A stretch of 63,140 nucleotides of DNA, the filler included, from Octopus bimaculoides (taxonomy: Eukaryota): assembly GCF_001194135.2 (NCBI RefSeq). It is 7 parts of 6 records of this genome, joined end to end, with 100 filler letters (N's around TTAATTAATTAA, not from the genome) between each part and the next. Parts side by side here need not be neighbours in the genome. Positions count along the whole stretch, not along the records: positions 35,829 to 48,282 come from NC_068995.1; positions 48,383 to 63,140 come from NC_068998.1; 5 more parts are not named here. The stretch is one strand, 5' to 3'. The notes below the pieces were generated by a model. The model made no database searches. It was not told where the DNA came from and saw only the letters and a list, made by a program, of their open reading frames with translations. Positions within the stretch are counted from its first letter, which is position 1. Each line of letters starts with the position of its first letter. Below are positions 39,781-53,609 of this stretch, one piece after another. Position numbers and translations under genes: made by a program.

Positions 39781-40094
39781 GAAGAAAAAGAAGAAGAAGA
39801 AGAAGAAGAAGAAGAAGAAGAAGAAGAAGAAGAAGAAGAAGAAGAAGAAGAAGAAGAAGAAGAAGAAGAAGAAGAAGAAGAAGAAGAAGAAGAAGAAGAA
39901 GAAGAAGAAGAAGAAGAAGAAGAAGAAGAAGGGAAGGAGGAGTAAAAAGATGATAGTCAGGATGAGAATGATGATGATGCTGGGGCTGAAGTGGATTATG
40001 ATGATAACGGTGGTTATGATGACGAGGAGGAGCAGGAGCAGGAAGGGGAGCAGGAGGAAGAGGAAGAGAAGGAAGGGGACTATATCGTTAATGG

Positions 40095-40141
<47 letters not shown>
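39781..40141. repeat. (GAA)n and (GAT)n microsatellites
   Basis: Visible arrays. Source of the poly-Lys and poly-Met ORFs. Confidence 0.95.
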
Positions 40142-40331
40142 GAAAACAACAGCAACTGAGAAAGAAAAAGAAGGAACAATGAGACATAAATGAGATGAGT
40201 TTTAAAAAGTAAAGAAACAAGAAGCTTCTCGTTGTTATTTTCTCGACATGTTCATAAATATATAAGCATCTCCTCTATTCGTGTAAAAAAAAATACATAT
40301 TACACCGTCTTTCACATTCATTTACTATTAC

Positions 40332-40400
<69 letters not shown>

Positions 40401-42219
40401 CATATACATGTATGTATATATGCATACATTTATACATGTATAAAAATAAATGAATAATTTTATGCATATATATNNNNNNNNNNNNNNNNNNNNNNNNNNN
40501 NNNNNNNNNNNNNNNNNNNNNNNNNNNNNNNNNNNNNNNNNNNNNNNNNNNNNNNNNNNNNNNNNNNNNNNNNNNNNNNNNNNNNNNNNNNNNNNNNNNN
40601 NNNNNNNNNNNNNNNNNNNNNNNNNNNNNNNNNNNNNNNNNNNNNNNNNNNNNNNNNNNNNNNNNNNNNNNNNNNNNNNNNNNNNNNNNNNNNNNNNNNN
40701 NNNNNNNNNNNNNNNNNNNNNNNNNNNNNNNNNNNNNNNNNNNNNNNNNNNNNNNNNNNNNNNNNNNNNNNNNNNNNNNNNNNNNNNNNNNNNNNNNNNN
40801 NNNNNNNNNNNNNNNNNNNNNNNNNNNNNNNNNNNNNNNNNNNNNNNNNNNNNNNNNNNNNNNNNNNNNNNNNNNNNNNNNNNNNNNNNNNNNNNNNNNN
40901 NNNNNNNNNNNNNNNNNNNNNNNNNNNNNNNNNNNNNNNNNNNNNNNNNNNNNNNNNNNNNNNNNNNNNNNNNNNNNNNNNNNNNNNNNNNNNNNNNNNN
41001 NNNNNNNNNNNNNNNNNNNNNNNNNNNNNNNNNNNNNNNNNNNNNNNNNNNNNNNNNNNNNNNNNNNNNNNNNNNNNNNNNNNNNNNNNNNNNNNNNNNN
41101 NNNNNNNNNNNNNNNNNNNNNNNNNNNNNNNNNNNNNNNNNNNNNNNNNNNNNNNNNNNNNNNNNNNNNNNNNNNNNNNNNNNNNNNNNNNNNNNNNNNN
41201 NNNNNNNNNNNNNNNNNNNNNNNNNNNNNNNNNNNNNNNNNNNNNNNNNNNNNNNNNATATATATTAAAAAGTAACATTTCGTTAAAGAAAATTAAAGTA
41301 ACCTTTCAAAATGGTTCTTTACCTATCTATTTATCTATCTACCTATCTAGCTAGCTTTGTATGAATATAATCAGATGACGCGAAAATCAGAGCCGTTCTA
41401 CTAGGGGCCAACAAAATGAAAGCGATATACATGAAATGTATGGAAGCCAGTGAAGGTTTCAGTAGGTGTAAACTACATCTTCATTAGATGAAATAGAAAG
41501 AGTACCAATCTGCATGTAATAGAAGACATATACATCCGATGAAAGCGCCAACGACATATCTATTCATAGACGGACGGAAATTGTTGTACTCAAAGCCATC
41601 TGTCTCTCTATCTATATATCCATCTATTTGTTTGTCTGTCTATCTATCTATCTATCTGTCTGTCTGTCTATCTAAATATAAGCAGATGTAGCAAAAATCA
41701 TAGCCGAAAAATACAAAATTTATCAATTAAGTTTAATTTCTTAAAATATAACCTCTTGACGTTTCGGACGTTAATCTTTCACAAGAAGAAAGAGAAAAAC
41801 TTAAATTGAGTGAGATAGACATATAGTCAATGAGAAAGCGCGAAAAAGTATCGATATCGTGGTTTTCTCCATTACTGTTCAATAAAATAAATGCCAGTTA
41901 AATACTGAGGTCATTCATGTTGTTTACATCATATTTTGAAAATCGGTAGAGCATCAGAGAAAAATATTTTATGTTATTTAGTGGCGAAACATTACGTTCT
42001 GTGTTCAAATTCTACAAATTCAGCTTTGCCTTTTATCCTTAAGTGATCGATAATATAAAATACCAATCAACTAGTAAGGACTACATAATCGATTATACCT
42101 TTCTCGCCCCGGTAAATTCAAGGATTTCTGCTTGCGCTATCTTCGAATATTATTTCTACTAATTATTTTAGATTATTATTATTTCTAATTATATTTTGTT
42201 ATTACTTTTTATTATATTC

Positions 42220-42240
42220 TGTTATTATTATTATTATTAA

Positions 42241-42313
<73 letters not shown>

Positions 42314-42334
42314 TTATTATTATTATTATCATCA

Positions 42335-42378
<44 letters not shown>

Positions 42379-43176
42379 TTTCGTATCATCATCATCATTA
42401 TTAATATTATCATATTTCTTATTTTAGATTATTATTTCAGTTATATATTTTTTAAATTATCATCATTATTATTAGATTCTGTTTAAATTTATTTTATTTT
42501 CGTTTTTCAAATTATAAAACATAAAGTTTAATCATTTATCGACATATTTTAGTTTTTTCTTGTCTCACTCAATTTCGTTCAGCAAAATAATGTACCAGTT
42601 AAATACTGGGGTTGATTAAATTACCGTTGCCCTTTCATTACTTTGTGCCTATTAAAAATCAATTTTATTTCTACTAATTATTTTAATTAATATTTTTAAT
42701 TATATTTTGCTGACATTTTATTTTATTATTATTCTAATTTGATTTTAAACATTTTTTTTAATTACATATCGATCTATTTATATATTCTTCATTTTGTTGG
42801 TGGTGCGGATTTCGGTCAATATCGATCATTTGTTTTTTTATCTATATACATATATACATATTTATATTTTTCTTTTTATATTTTCATTTCATATTTTGGG
42901 GGCCTTTTTTATTTTATTATAATTCTTTCCAGTGTTGTTTTCTGTTTTTTTTAATATCGTTTTGTATTTGAATTTTTTCCAAAAATCATTTTTATTCGTT
43001 TACAATGTTTTATCTTTTTTCAGTTTGTGTTTATATTGTTGTAGTTCTTGCTGCTGCTGCTGCTGCTGCTGTTGTTGTTATTGTTGTTGTTGTTGTTGTT
43101 GTTGTTGATGATGATGTAGTTTATTGGTTTTGAAATGGTAATTGGGTGAAAAAGAGGGATTCGACATCCCTACCTC

Positions 43177-43241
<65 letters not shown>

Positions 43242-44140
43242 CTCGCTCTTTCTTTTAATTGATGTCAGTAAATAGATTGGTTATCATGTACTGGAATAAA
43301 AAACGAGGAAATAGAAAGTGGAGGAGACTAGTGAGGAGGTAGGTACGAATTCGAGGGAGTAATGAGGATAAGAAGGAAGAGGTGGAGGGGAGAAGAAAAG
43401 AAGAAGAAGAAGAAGAAGAAGAAGAAAAGGAGGAGGAGAAGGAGGAGGAAGAAGAAGAAGAAGAAGAAGAAGAAGAAGAAGAAGAAGAAGAAGAAGAAAA
43501 GGAGGAGGAGGAGGAGGAGGTGGAGGAAGTAGTAGTAGAAGAAGAAGAAGAAGAAGAAGAAGAAGAAGAAGAAGATGATGATGATGATGATGATGAAGAA
43601 GAAGAAGAAGAAGAAGAAGAAGAAGAAGAAGAAGAAGAAGAAGAAGAAAGTGTAAGGAAGAGGAGAAAGTGGTTGTATGAGGGGCAAGTAAGAAGAGGGG
43701 GAAAGAGAACAAGAAAAGGAAAAGATGAAAGAGCGATAACGGGAAGGAAGTCAGGTGAAAATAGAGAGAAGAAAAAGAACGGGAGCGTTTGTGAATATGG
43801 GCGGAGTAGAAAAGAGAGGAAGAGAAAGGCAAGGAGGAAGGAAAGAAGGAAGGAAAGAAGAAAAGCAAGAAGGAAAGAAGGTAGTATAAGAAAGAGAAAT
43901 ATAACGATTCGAATAAGAAGAAAGCAATAGACAATTATAGAATTGGAGCAGAATGTAAAGGAAGATGATGATGATGATGATGATGATGACGACAACGACG
44001 ACGACGATGAGAAGGAGGAGGAGGAGGAGGATGGTGGTGATGATGATGATAATGATGATGATGATAGTGACGAAAATGATTATGATGATGTCGATGCTGA
44101 TGATGATGATAGTGAAGATGATGAGATTACGATGATGATA

Positions 44141-44177
<37 letters not shown>

Positions 44178-44668
44178 CGACGACGATGACGACGACGGTT
44201 GACGATGATGATGATGATGATGATGATGATGATCACGATGAACATGAACAACAACAAACGCGACAAGTAACGACGCCAACATCTGCAACAACAACAGCAA
44301 CAACAACAACGTTAAACAGTTCAAAACATGAAATAAATGTATTATAAATCAGACACCAAAACTTCAAGCCTTGGTTCATGAATCTCTCTCTCTCTCTCTT
44401 TCTCTGTCTCTCTATCTATCTTTTTATCTTTATCTGTCTGTCTCTCTCTCTATCTATCTATCTCTCACTCTCTCTCACTCTCTTTCTCAGTCTCTCCCCC
44501 TCTCTCTTTCGCTTTCTCTCTCTTACTCTTTCTCTTTCTCACACACAATCTGTTGATCTCTCTCTTCTTCTCTTCCTCTCTCTCCCTCTTTCTAGCTTTA
44601 TTTTACCCTCATTATCTCTCTCATCCCTTCTTCATATATATGCGCGTGCACACACACACATACATATA

Positions 44669-44708
<40 letters not shown>

Positions 44709-44778
44709 CATACACACAAACATATATACATATATACTTTATATATGTATATACATACATATATATAGACATATACAT

Positions 44779-44812
<34 letters not shown>

Positions 44813-45780
44813 GTAAATATGCGTATACATATGCATATATGTATGTATGCATGTAAGTATGCATTTATATATGTATGTATGCATGTATGTATTTATGTGT
44901 GTACGTACTTGCAAATATACATATCGTCTGCTATTAACCAATCTATTTTTTCACCGTTAATCTTACTATTATTTCGACTAATGCGAAAAGGTAAAACACA
45001 AAATTTCTGTAGCGATATTTTGCTGGAAACATGGTTTGAATATTTTTATTTCGAAATCCTAAAATCCTGACGTTTCTTTGGGGAATTTGACGTAAAAACT
45101 CGGAGTAATGCAGTTTTTGCGTGTTTTTTTTAGTTCTTTTCCTTTTTATTTTAATCATTTATTTATTTACTGGTATTAAATTGATACATACGACATGGAA
45201 ATAGGTGTAGTATTGAATACAAAATGGTACTTACCGTGGCTGAGGAACGGAGAGGAAGGAGTAGCGCTGGGAGATTGAAATTAGGAGGAGAGATGGATAG
45301 AGAGTAGGAGGTTTGGAAGAGTAGGAGGTTTGGAAGAGTAGGAGGTTGTTTGTTTGATAAAGGTATATGGGGAAGGAGAAGGGGGACAAAGAAAGAAAGA
45401 GTGGAATATAAGAGAGACATACTGGGACAATGCGATAAGAGTGTGCAGGAGAGATAAGAGAGAGAGAGAAATGGAGAACGAGGGAGTGAAAGGAAGAGGG
45501 ATATTAAGAGAGTGAGAGTGTGAGGAAGGCTTGAGTTAAAAGAAAAGGTTCACTCGGAAGTTACTGTCTTGCTAAGAGGAGAAAGACCGATTGAGAAAGA
45601 GAGAGAGAGAGAGAGTAAGCAAGGGAGAGAGAGGAGGCAAGAGAGAGAGAGAGGAGGCAAAAAGGAGAGGAGGCAAAAAAGAGAGGAGGCAAAAAAGAGA
45701 GGAGGCAAGAGAGAGAGAGAGGGAGTAAGAGAGAGAGAGAGGAAGCAAAAGAGAGAGAGGAAGCAAGAGATAGAGAAAGA
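42220..45780. repeat. Extended simple-repeat zone: (ATT)n, (CT)n, (GAA/GAG)n, (GAT)n, (TA/CA)n, a 17-bp unit x3 at 45301-45347, and GAGAGGAGGCAA units
   Basis: Visible tandem arrays separated by short AT-rich unique stretches. Confidence 0.85.
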
Positions 45781-47914
45781 GATAAAGAAAGACAGGCATA
45801 GAGACCGGCAGAGACAGATTAAGATACTCAAACACAGAGAGAAGAATACACATACAAACACACATACACATTAGAGGGACATAAAAAACACACGCATACA
45901 AACATATACATATNNNNNNNNNNNNNNNNNNNNNNNNNNNNNNNNNNNNNNNNNNNNNNNNNNNNNNNNNNNNNNNNNNNNNNNNNNNNNNNNNNNNNNN
46001 NNNNNNNNNNNNNNNNNNNNNNNNNNNNNNNNNNNNNNNNNNNNNNNNNNNNNNNNNNNNNNNNNNNNNNNNNNNNNNNNNNNNNNNNNNNNNNNNNNNN
46101 NNNNNNNNNNNNNNNNNNNNNNNNNNNNNNNNNNNNNNNNNNNNNNNNNNNNNNNNNNNNNNNATATATATATATATATATATATATACACTTCTCCTTA
46201 TCATATATTTTCATATAAACCTCTTGAAATAATTTTATCACACGGATTCCCTGAATTTTCGGTCACACGGACATTTTACATTACACTTCTTTGTAATAGA
46301 TTACTGATAGCCGAGTCCGGCTGTGTGGTAAGAAGCTTGCAACACAGCCATTTTTCTGTGTTAAGATTGGAAATCAGTGGTTCTAAACCGGAATCTGCCA
46401 TATGACCCTTATGAGTCCATATAAGATTTTCTTTTCTTTTTTTTTTTTTTTTTTTGTTAAGATTTATGACCAATAAATTACTTACGCTTCTACAAATAAC
46501 AAAATATTTTAACAATTTTTTTATGCAATTCCTAATAACATTTCATTATGAAAAATATAAAAAGATTTATTTTTTTCAACATCGGGATCCAGTTGAGGGC
46601 GATAGGAATCAAAGTGGTCTACCGTTGCAAAGTGCCTTTTATAGAGAAGTTTTTGTTGTGATGTTGCTATTTCTAGTATATTTTGTAGCCTCATAGTGGC
46701 TCGTCCTGTGGTTTCTTAGCCTACATTACTGGCTTGGTTCGCCATAAATATCCGTTGAGATAATATAATATACGTACTAAACGGAGAACTGGAAAAACCA
46801 AGAAGACAAAACAAAAGCTGAAAATAGAGAGAAAAAGACAAATATAAACAAATAAAGAGATAAGAGACGAAATACAGTGTAGCTTCACATAAAAGATTCT
46901 TCGACTAATTAACTTGTTAGAAGTCCATTAGAAATTTATGAGGGAAATTCATTTATACACGACAGAAAGGAAGTTGTCCGAGTCTTCTTGAGACAAGCGA
47001 ATATTTCATAACATAATTTGTCATTTACAAAAAAAAAAAAAAAGAAAGAAAAAGATAAAAAGGAAAGAATGAATGAAGAAAACTAGAATAAATTTTTTAA
47101 AAATTCCAGCGATAAAATAAGACAAAAGAAAAGGTAAATAAATCAATAAAGCTTTAGAAAGATAAAAAGAGTAAGAAGTTAAAACAATGTCACTGATCGG
47201 TTCAGACTGATGACATCTTTCATTTGCCAATATCTTCGTTTTGTTTTCGATTTGCTTGTTTGTTTAGTTTTCGTATTCGGCCAATGAGGAATAAAAGAAA
47301 TCATAACTGGAAAAAGAATTCTGTTATAATCACGAACGTAGCTGTTTGGTTAAGGAGTTCGGTCGCACAGCCAGGCGGTTCTGTATATGACCATCTTAAC
47401 TTTTCTTCAGACAATATATCTTTGTTGTCCTCGATCGTTCGGGGTTGACCATGTATCTGCTCGTGTTTGTGGACCTGGGTTAACTACTTTTTTTTTCCTG
47501 AAGAAGGTCAGCAACAACAACTTGGTGGGTAGTTCCTTATGCATGTAAGCCTACGCTCTCTACCGGGAGATAGCTTCGAATTAATATTGCAACAGGCTGT
47601 TAGAACTCAAGAAGGCAAAGAGCCAGAACATATAGCACAAAGTAAAATTTCTGACCCTCTAACAATTCGGCCAGTCCATTGGCTAATACTGGTACTTTCT
47701 TTATCGACCCCGAAAGAATAAACGACAAGGCTGACCGTAACGGGATTTGAACACAGCGCTGGGAGTCATATCACATAACGTGCAGCATTCTAAAAGATCG
47801 TGCCCCAACCTGTAAGCGATCTTTATCAACACTTCGTAAGCAGTCGTTTAGTGTCTGTGTACACATTCGCTATTACAATGTATGCAGAGATAAATATTTG
47901 TGTTTCACACACAC

Positions 47915-48039
<125 letters not shown>

Positions 48040-48219
48040 TGATATATATATATATATATATACATACACATATATATGAATATACACATACATATATCAT
48101 ATATACATATATGTGTGTCTATATATATGTATACATACGTATATACACATATACATATATAGATTTATATATTTATATACATATGTATACATATATGTGT
48201 GTGTATTTGTGTGTTCGTT

Positions 48220-48282
<63 letters not shown>

Positions 48283-49957
48283 NNNNNNNNNNNNNNNNNN
48301 NNNNNNNNNNNNNNNNNNNNNNNNNNTTAATTAATTAANNNNNNNNNNNNNNNNNNNNNNNNNNNNNNNNNNNNNNNNNNNNATATATATATATATATAT
48401 AAAGCAGACCACTAGGTGGACTGTTAATGTTCTAGAAGAAGATCACATGTAATGCGTCCAGCACATTAACAGTACACTTAGTGGTCTCCTTTATATATAC
48501 ATATACAATAATCCTTTGAGATCTCAGATATTTTTTATGAATCTCCTTGATACTTCCAATGTACTTGTGCCCTGGTATTAAATTGATATTAATAAATATC
48601 CAGTGTTTTACCCTTCTGTTTATACATACATATATATATATGTAGGGAAATAAATGTGTAAATAAATAAATAAATGGATAGGTGTGTAGGTAATACGGAC
48701 ACAACATCAATCACAAACACAAACACACACACACACACAAGCATGCACAGAAAAACACATGAATATGGAAAATACATACTTACATACGTACACGCACACA
48801 TAATTACACATGCGTATACACACACAGAAACACACATGCACGATGACGTATACACATGCTCGCTGAAGATATGAATAATAAATGAGTGTAAATCGAATCA
48901 GTGAATGTGGTAGATGATAAGGCATGAAGAGAATATGACCCTCCCCAGACTAAACAGAATTATGTATGTGGTATATATATATATATATATATATNNNNNN
49001 NNNNNNNNNNNNNNNNNNNNNNNNNNNNNNNNNNNNNNNNNNNNNNNNNNNNNNNNNNNNNNNNNNNNNNNNNNNNNNNNNNNNNNNNNNNNNNNNNNNN
49101 NNNNNNNNNNNNNNNNNNNNNNNNNNNNNNNNNNNNNNNNNNNNNNNNNNNNNNNNNNNNNNNNNNNNNNNNNNNNNNNNNNNNNNNNNNNNNNNNNNNN
49201 NNNNNNNNNNNNNNNNNNNNNNNNNNNNNNNNNNNNNNNNNNNNNNNNNNNNNNNNNNNNNNNNNNNNNNNNNNNNNNNNNNNNNNNNNNNNNNNNNNNN
49301 NNNNNNNNNNNNNNNNNNNNNNNNNNNNNNNNNNNNNNNNNNNNNNNNNNNNNNNNNNNNNNNNNNNNNNNNNNNNNNNNNNNNNNNNNNNNNNNNNNNN
49401 NNNNNNNNNNNNNNNNNNNNNNNNNNNNNNNNNNNNNNNNNNNNNNNNNNNNNNNNNNNNNNNNNNNNNNNNNNNNNNNNNNNNNNNNNNNNNNNNNNNN
49501 NNNNNNNNNNNNNNNNNNNNNNNNNNNNNNNNNNNNNNNNNNNNNNNNNNNNNNNNNNNNNNNNNNNNNNNNNNNNNNNNNNNNNNNNNNNNNNNNNNNN
49601 NNNNNNNNNNNNNNNNNNNNNNNNNNNNNNNNNNNNNNNNNNNNNNNNNNNNNNNNNNNNNNNNNNNNNNNNNNNNNNNNNNNNNNNNNNNNNNNNNNNN
49701 NNNNNNNNNNNNNNNNNNNNNNNNNNNNNNNNNNNNNNNNNNNNNNNNNNNNNNNNNNNNNNNNNNNNNNNNNNNNNNNNNNNNNNNNNNNNNNNNNNNN
49801 NNNNNNNNTATATATATATAATTCTAATATAGGGTATCTAAGAGATACCACCACGCTGAAAATAACAGTCAAATCTTGACTCTAAACCACAATAAATGTT
49901 CATATAGCACGAAGAGCGAAGACGAAGATAAAATAAACTAGCAAAAATACTGGACAA

Positions 49958-50015
49958 TTCCAGATCCCGGATTTCTGGCTTTGCATAATAAAATGCTTTG
50001 CCTTCATCAGTGGAA
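49958..50015 (-). ncRNA. Type I hammerhead ribozyme with intact catalytic core
   Basis: Minus strand reads TTCCA CTGATGA A GGC AAA GCAT TTTATT ATGC AAA GCC A GAAA TCCGGGA TC TGGAA. This gives a 5-bp stem I, the CUGAUGA box, a two-part stem II, the GAAA box, a short near-palindromic stem III and an AUC cleavage triplet. One A-A mismatch at the base of stem II. Confidence 0.8.
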
Positions 50016-51078
50016 ATACACTCAGAAAAGCACATAAATACAAATATATATATATATAAACATACAATATACTTACATATACATATACTTACATATACGA
50101 ACATATACATACATATATATGCACGTATGCACACAACCAGTTTAAATTGCCCGCCTAAAAGACAGGATATGTAATATTATTTTCATCAGATTATCGCTGA
50201 TATTTATAAAATATTTGCGTAGTGTATTTGTTGATTGCAGATGTTTACAATTAACACTCATGTATTTAGGTGACCGGCATCAAGAGAACAGGAACAACGC
50301 GTTGCGTGACAAAACGCAGTATTTTATTTGCATATTGATCATATTTATTTTATATTATAATAAGCTTCGTTGCTGTATAACCTTCAAAAATCATATCTAG
50401 AAAAATAAAATTAATCAAGTTTTAAATGCATATTCAAATTTATCTTTTAAACTTTTAAAGATAATATTTTAATTGCAATGAATTAAGTAGTATATCTATG
50501 TGAAAGAATTCTTGAGAATCATGAATAAATTGTTACAAAGAAAGCTTGCATGAAATTACTGTAAAAAACAATTCGTATTCAAGTTTAGTTCTCTTCCTAG
50601 TAATCAATTGATAGCAAAGAAATCTCTCGTTGTATTTTATTATAACCCGTGGTATTGCTGTTTTAGTTGCCTTTAAAATGATCAAATATTGATCGAATAC
50701 TGTATTATTACACAGATATTACATTATATATTACATTATATAAATATTTATTGATATCAATATGCATGTATAGCATTATAGTTGAACTATATCTTTAGAT
50801 ATTAAATACAAGTAATATATCATTAAAAGATCACGTTCACATTGGCTTGTTCGGATAATTGTCCGGGTAGAGATATTGTATGATATAAGAAATTAGATTC
50901 TGTTTCTGAAAATACAGCGTCACATATAGTTTTAATGTGATTGCTGATACATATTATTTACCTTATTGAAGTTTCAGTTCACGGTTGAAATATATTCTTT
51001 CGCGCTGAAAAGGATTATTAATATTTTGTGAATGCCTGTTATATACGCAGGATTGCCATATATACCATATAATCTATG

Positions 51079-51141
<63 letters not shown>

Positions 51142-51506
51142 TCCTACATACATACATATATATATATNNNNNNNNNNNNNNNNNNNNNNNNNNNNNNNNN
51201 NNNNNNNNNNNNNNNNNNNNNNNNNNNNNNNNNNNNNNNNNNNNNNNNNNNNNNNNNNNNNNNNNNNNNNNNNNNNNNNNNNNNNNNNNNNNNNNNNNNN
51301 NNNNNNNNNNNNNNNNNNNNNNNNNNNNNNNNNNNNNNNNNNNNNNNNNNNNNNNNNNNNNNNNNNNNNNNNNNNNNNNNNNNNNNNNNNNNNNNNNNNN
51401 NNNNNNNNNNNNNNNNNNNNNNNNNNNNNNNNNNNNNNNNNNNNNNNNNNNNNNNNNNNNNNNNNNNNNNNNNNNNNNNNNNNNNNNNNNNNNNNNNNNN
51501 NNNNAT

Positions 51507-51602
51507 ATTAAATGCAATATGTAGAGCAATCTTCAGCTGCAGGTAAATGCAGGAAAATGCATTTTCCTGCAGCTGAAGATTGCTCTACATATTCCATTTA
51601 AT
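51507..51602. repeat. Long inverted repeat (37-bp arms, one mismatch) at a contig edge
   Basis: ATTAAATG-C-AATATGTAGAGCAATCTTCAGCTGCAGG (51507-51543) pairs with 51566-51602. The centre contains the 24-bp palindrome TGCAGGAAAATGCATTTTCCTGCA. Confidence 0.92.
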
Positions 51603-51795
51603 GTAATGCGCGCATTACTTAAATAAATGGAGTAGCATGAAACGTGCTTACTGCAATCATCTTTGAAATCCGTGTTGCTTATTTTGATTTTTTGATCACC
51701 TAGTTATTTTGGAATGGTTTTTGTATAATACCATTCCATACTATATTCTGGTACCTAAACATAAGTACCATATTCAATCTTGAATCTAAATCTAA

Positions 51796-51850
<55 letters not shown>

Positions 51851-52096
51851 GAATAATAACAATATATGGAGAAAAACGTATATAATTAAAAGTTCCATAT
51901 ATGAGTTTTGCTCCAATTATTGTTATTATTCATATCTACTCAAAGTGCATCACTACACATTGGTATCTCTACCTATAAAACGGGTGCGATATCCTGGGGG
52001 GTTTTTTGTGTAATTTTTGCTACTCATGGTAACTATTAACATATTTACATTGTCAAAGGCTTTTTTAAACTGAGATAACATTAATATATACATAAA

Positions 52097-52137
<41 letters not shown>

Positions 52138-52546
52138 GTCATTCTGTCTGTCAATATGTTTGCCAGTCTGTCTATCTATCTATCTATCTATCTATCTGTC
52201 TGTATGAATATGTATGTGTGTGTTTATGTGTGTGAGGGTGTCTCTGTATTCACACATATACACCTACATATATACATATATAATAGTCTACAAACAAGTT
52301 ATGTATTTATACACAAACGAAGTGGTCTTTAACAGGACACCTTACATGCAGTTTAACACGTAAGCTTCCCTGTTCAAAGCCACCACTTTTGTGCATAAGT
52401 ACTTAATTTTATGTACACTATTATATGTGAAAATAGGTTGGAAGACACGGGTATGAGAATTTTTCTAAATTATTCATCTTTATTTCTTTCAAACACATAT
52501 ACGTTTATATATGTATGTATACACATGTATGTGTGTGTATGTGTGT

Positions 52547-52632
52547 GAAGGACCGTAGCATAGTGCGTAGGTTATTCATCTCACGATCGTAAGGATGTGA
52601 TTTTCAACTCCAGGTGACGCATCGTGTCCTTG
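52547..52632 (+). mobile_element. Degenerate family A SINE head
   Basis: GAAGGACCGTAGCATAGTG...CTCACGATCGTAAGG...GGTGACGCATCGTGTCCTTG aligns by eye with the 5' end of the 2152-2479 element. Confidence 0.6.
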
Positions 52633-53432
52633 TATATATATATGTGTATATATATATATATTTGTATACATATAGGTACATATNNNNNNNNNNNNNNNNN
52701 NNNNNNNNNNNNNNNNNNNNNNNNNNNNNNNNNNNNNNNNNNNNNNNNNNNNNNNNNNNNNNNNNNNNNNNNNNNNNNNNNNNNNNNNNNNNNNNNNNNN
52801 NNNNNNNNNNNNNNNNNNNNNNNNNNNNNNNNNNNNNNNNNNNNNNNNNNNNNNNNNNNNNNNNNNNNNNNNNNNNNNNNNNNNNNNNNNNNNNNNNNNN
52901 NNNNNNNNNNNNNNNNNNNNNNNNNNNNNNNNNNNNNNNNNNNNNNNNNNNCGTATATGTCTATATACGTATATAAATATATGTATATATGTGTATGTGT
53001 ATCTGTGCGTGTGTGCGTGCGTGTGTGCGTGCGTGTGTGCGTGCGTGTGTGCGTGCGTGTGTGCGTGCGTACGTGTGATGCTATGCGAGTGTTGATGCGT
53101 GTACGCTTCGCAGTTAATATTTTGATAATAATTTTCATTTGGTTTCACTTCAACTGTAATATAATATGAAATTACAACAAACAAATTAAATGCTTACGAT
53201 CGCAGACAGCAGTAAATCTCAACTCCCATGCTCGCGCACATTGTGGACTTGGACCCATTAAACATTTCTCATAATATTTGAAACGACTGAAACATTCAAA
53301 AATAGATTGTACTTAGGTATAAATGTTATCTTTTATGTTGTGTAAGATATTTTTTCTATGAATCATATACAGATAGCTATTTGAAGTATTGTTGTCGACA
53401 TGTTTGATTTCTTGCTTTACAGAAAACGTTAC

Positions 53433-53609
53433 CTAAACACGAAGTAATAGAAGCGAACTCATGTAAGTGACCAGTTGTGAAATGATCTTTGCCACAGTGG
53501 TTATAAATTGTGTTCTGAAGAGCATAAGCCCTCTTGTTATTATGAATCAGGGTCGTCAACGTTTTGTCACATTTAATGAAACGGATATCTTCTGGGAAAC
53601 GAAATTCAG
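53433..53609 (-). CDS. Candidate internal exon (177 nt, phase 1-1), copy 1 of a duplicated pair; family not recognised
   Basis: Acceptor TTGCTTAAATTGTTTAG|, donor TTAG|GTAACG. Open frame (A)EFRFPEDIRFIKCDKTLTTLIHNNKRAYALQNTIYNHCGKDHFTTGHLHEFASITSCL. The paralogue at 58329-58523 keeps both splice dinucleotides and the frame. Confidence 0.5.
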
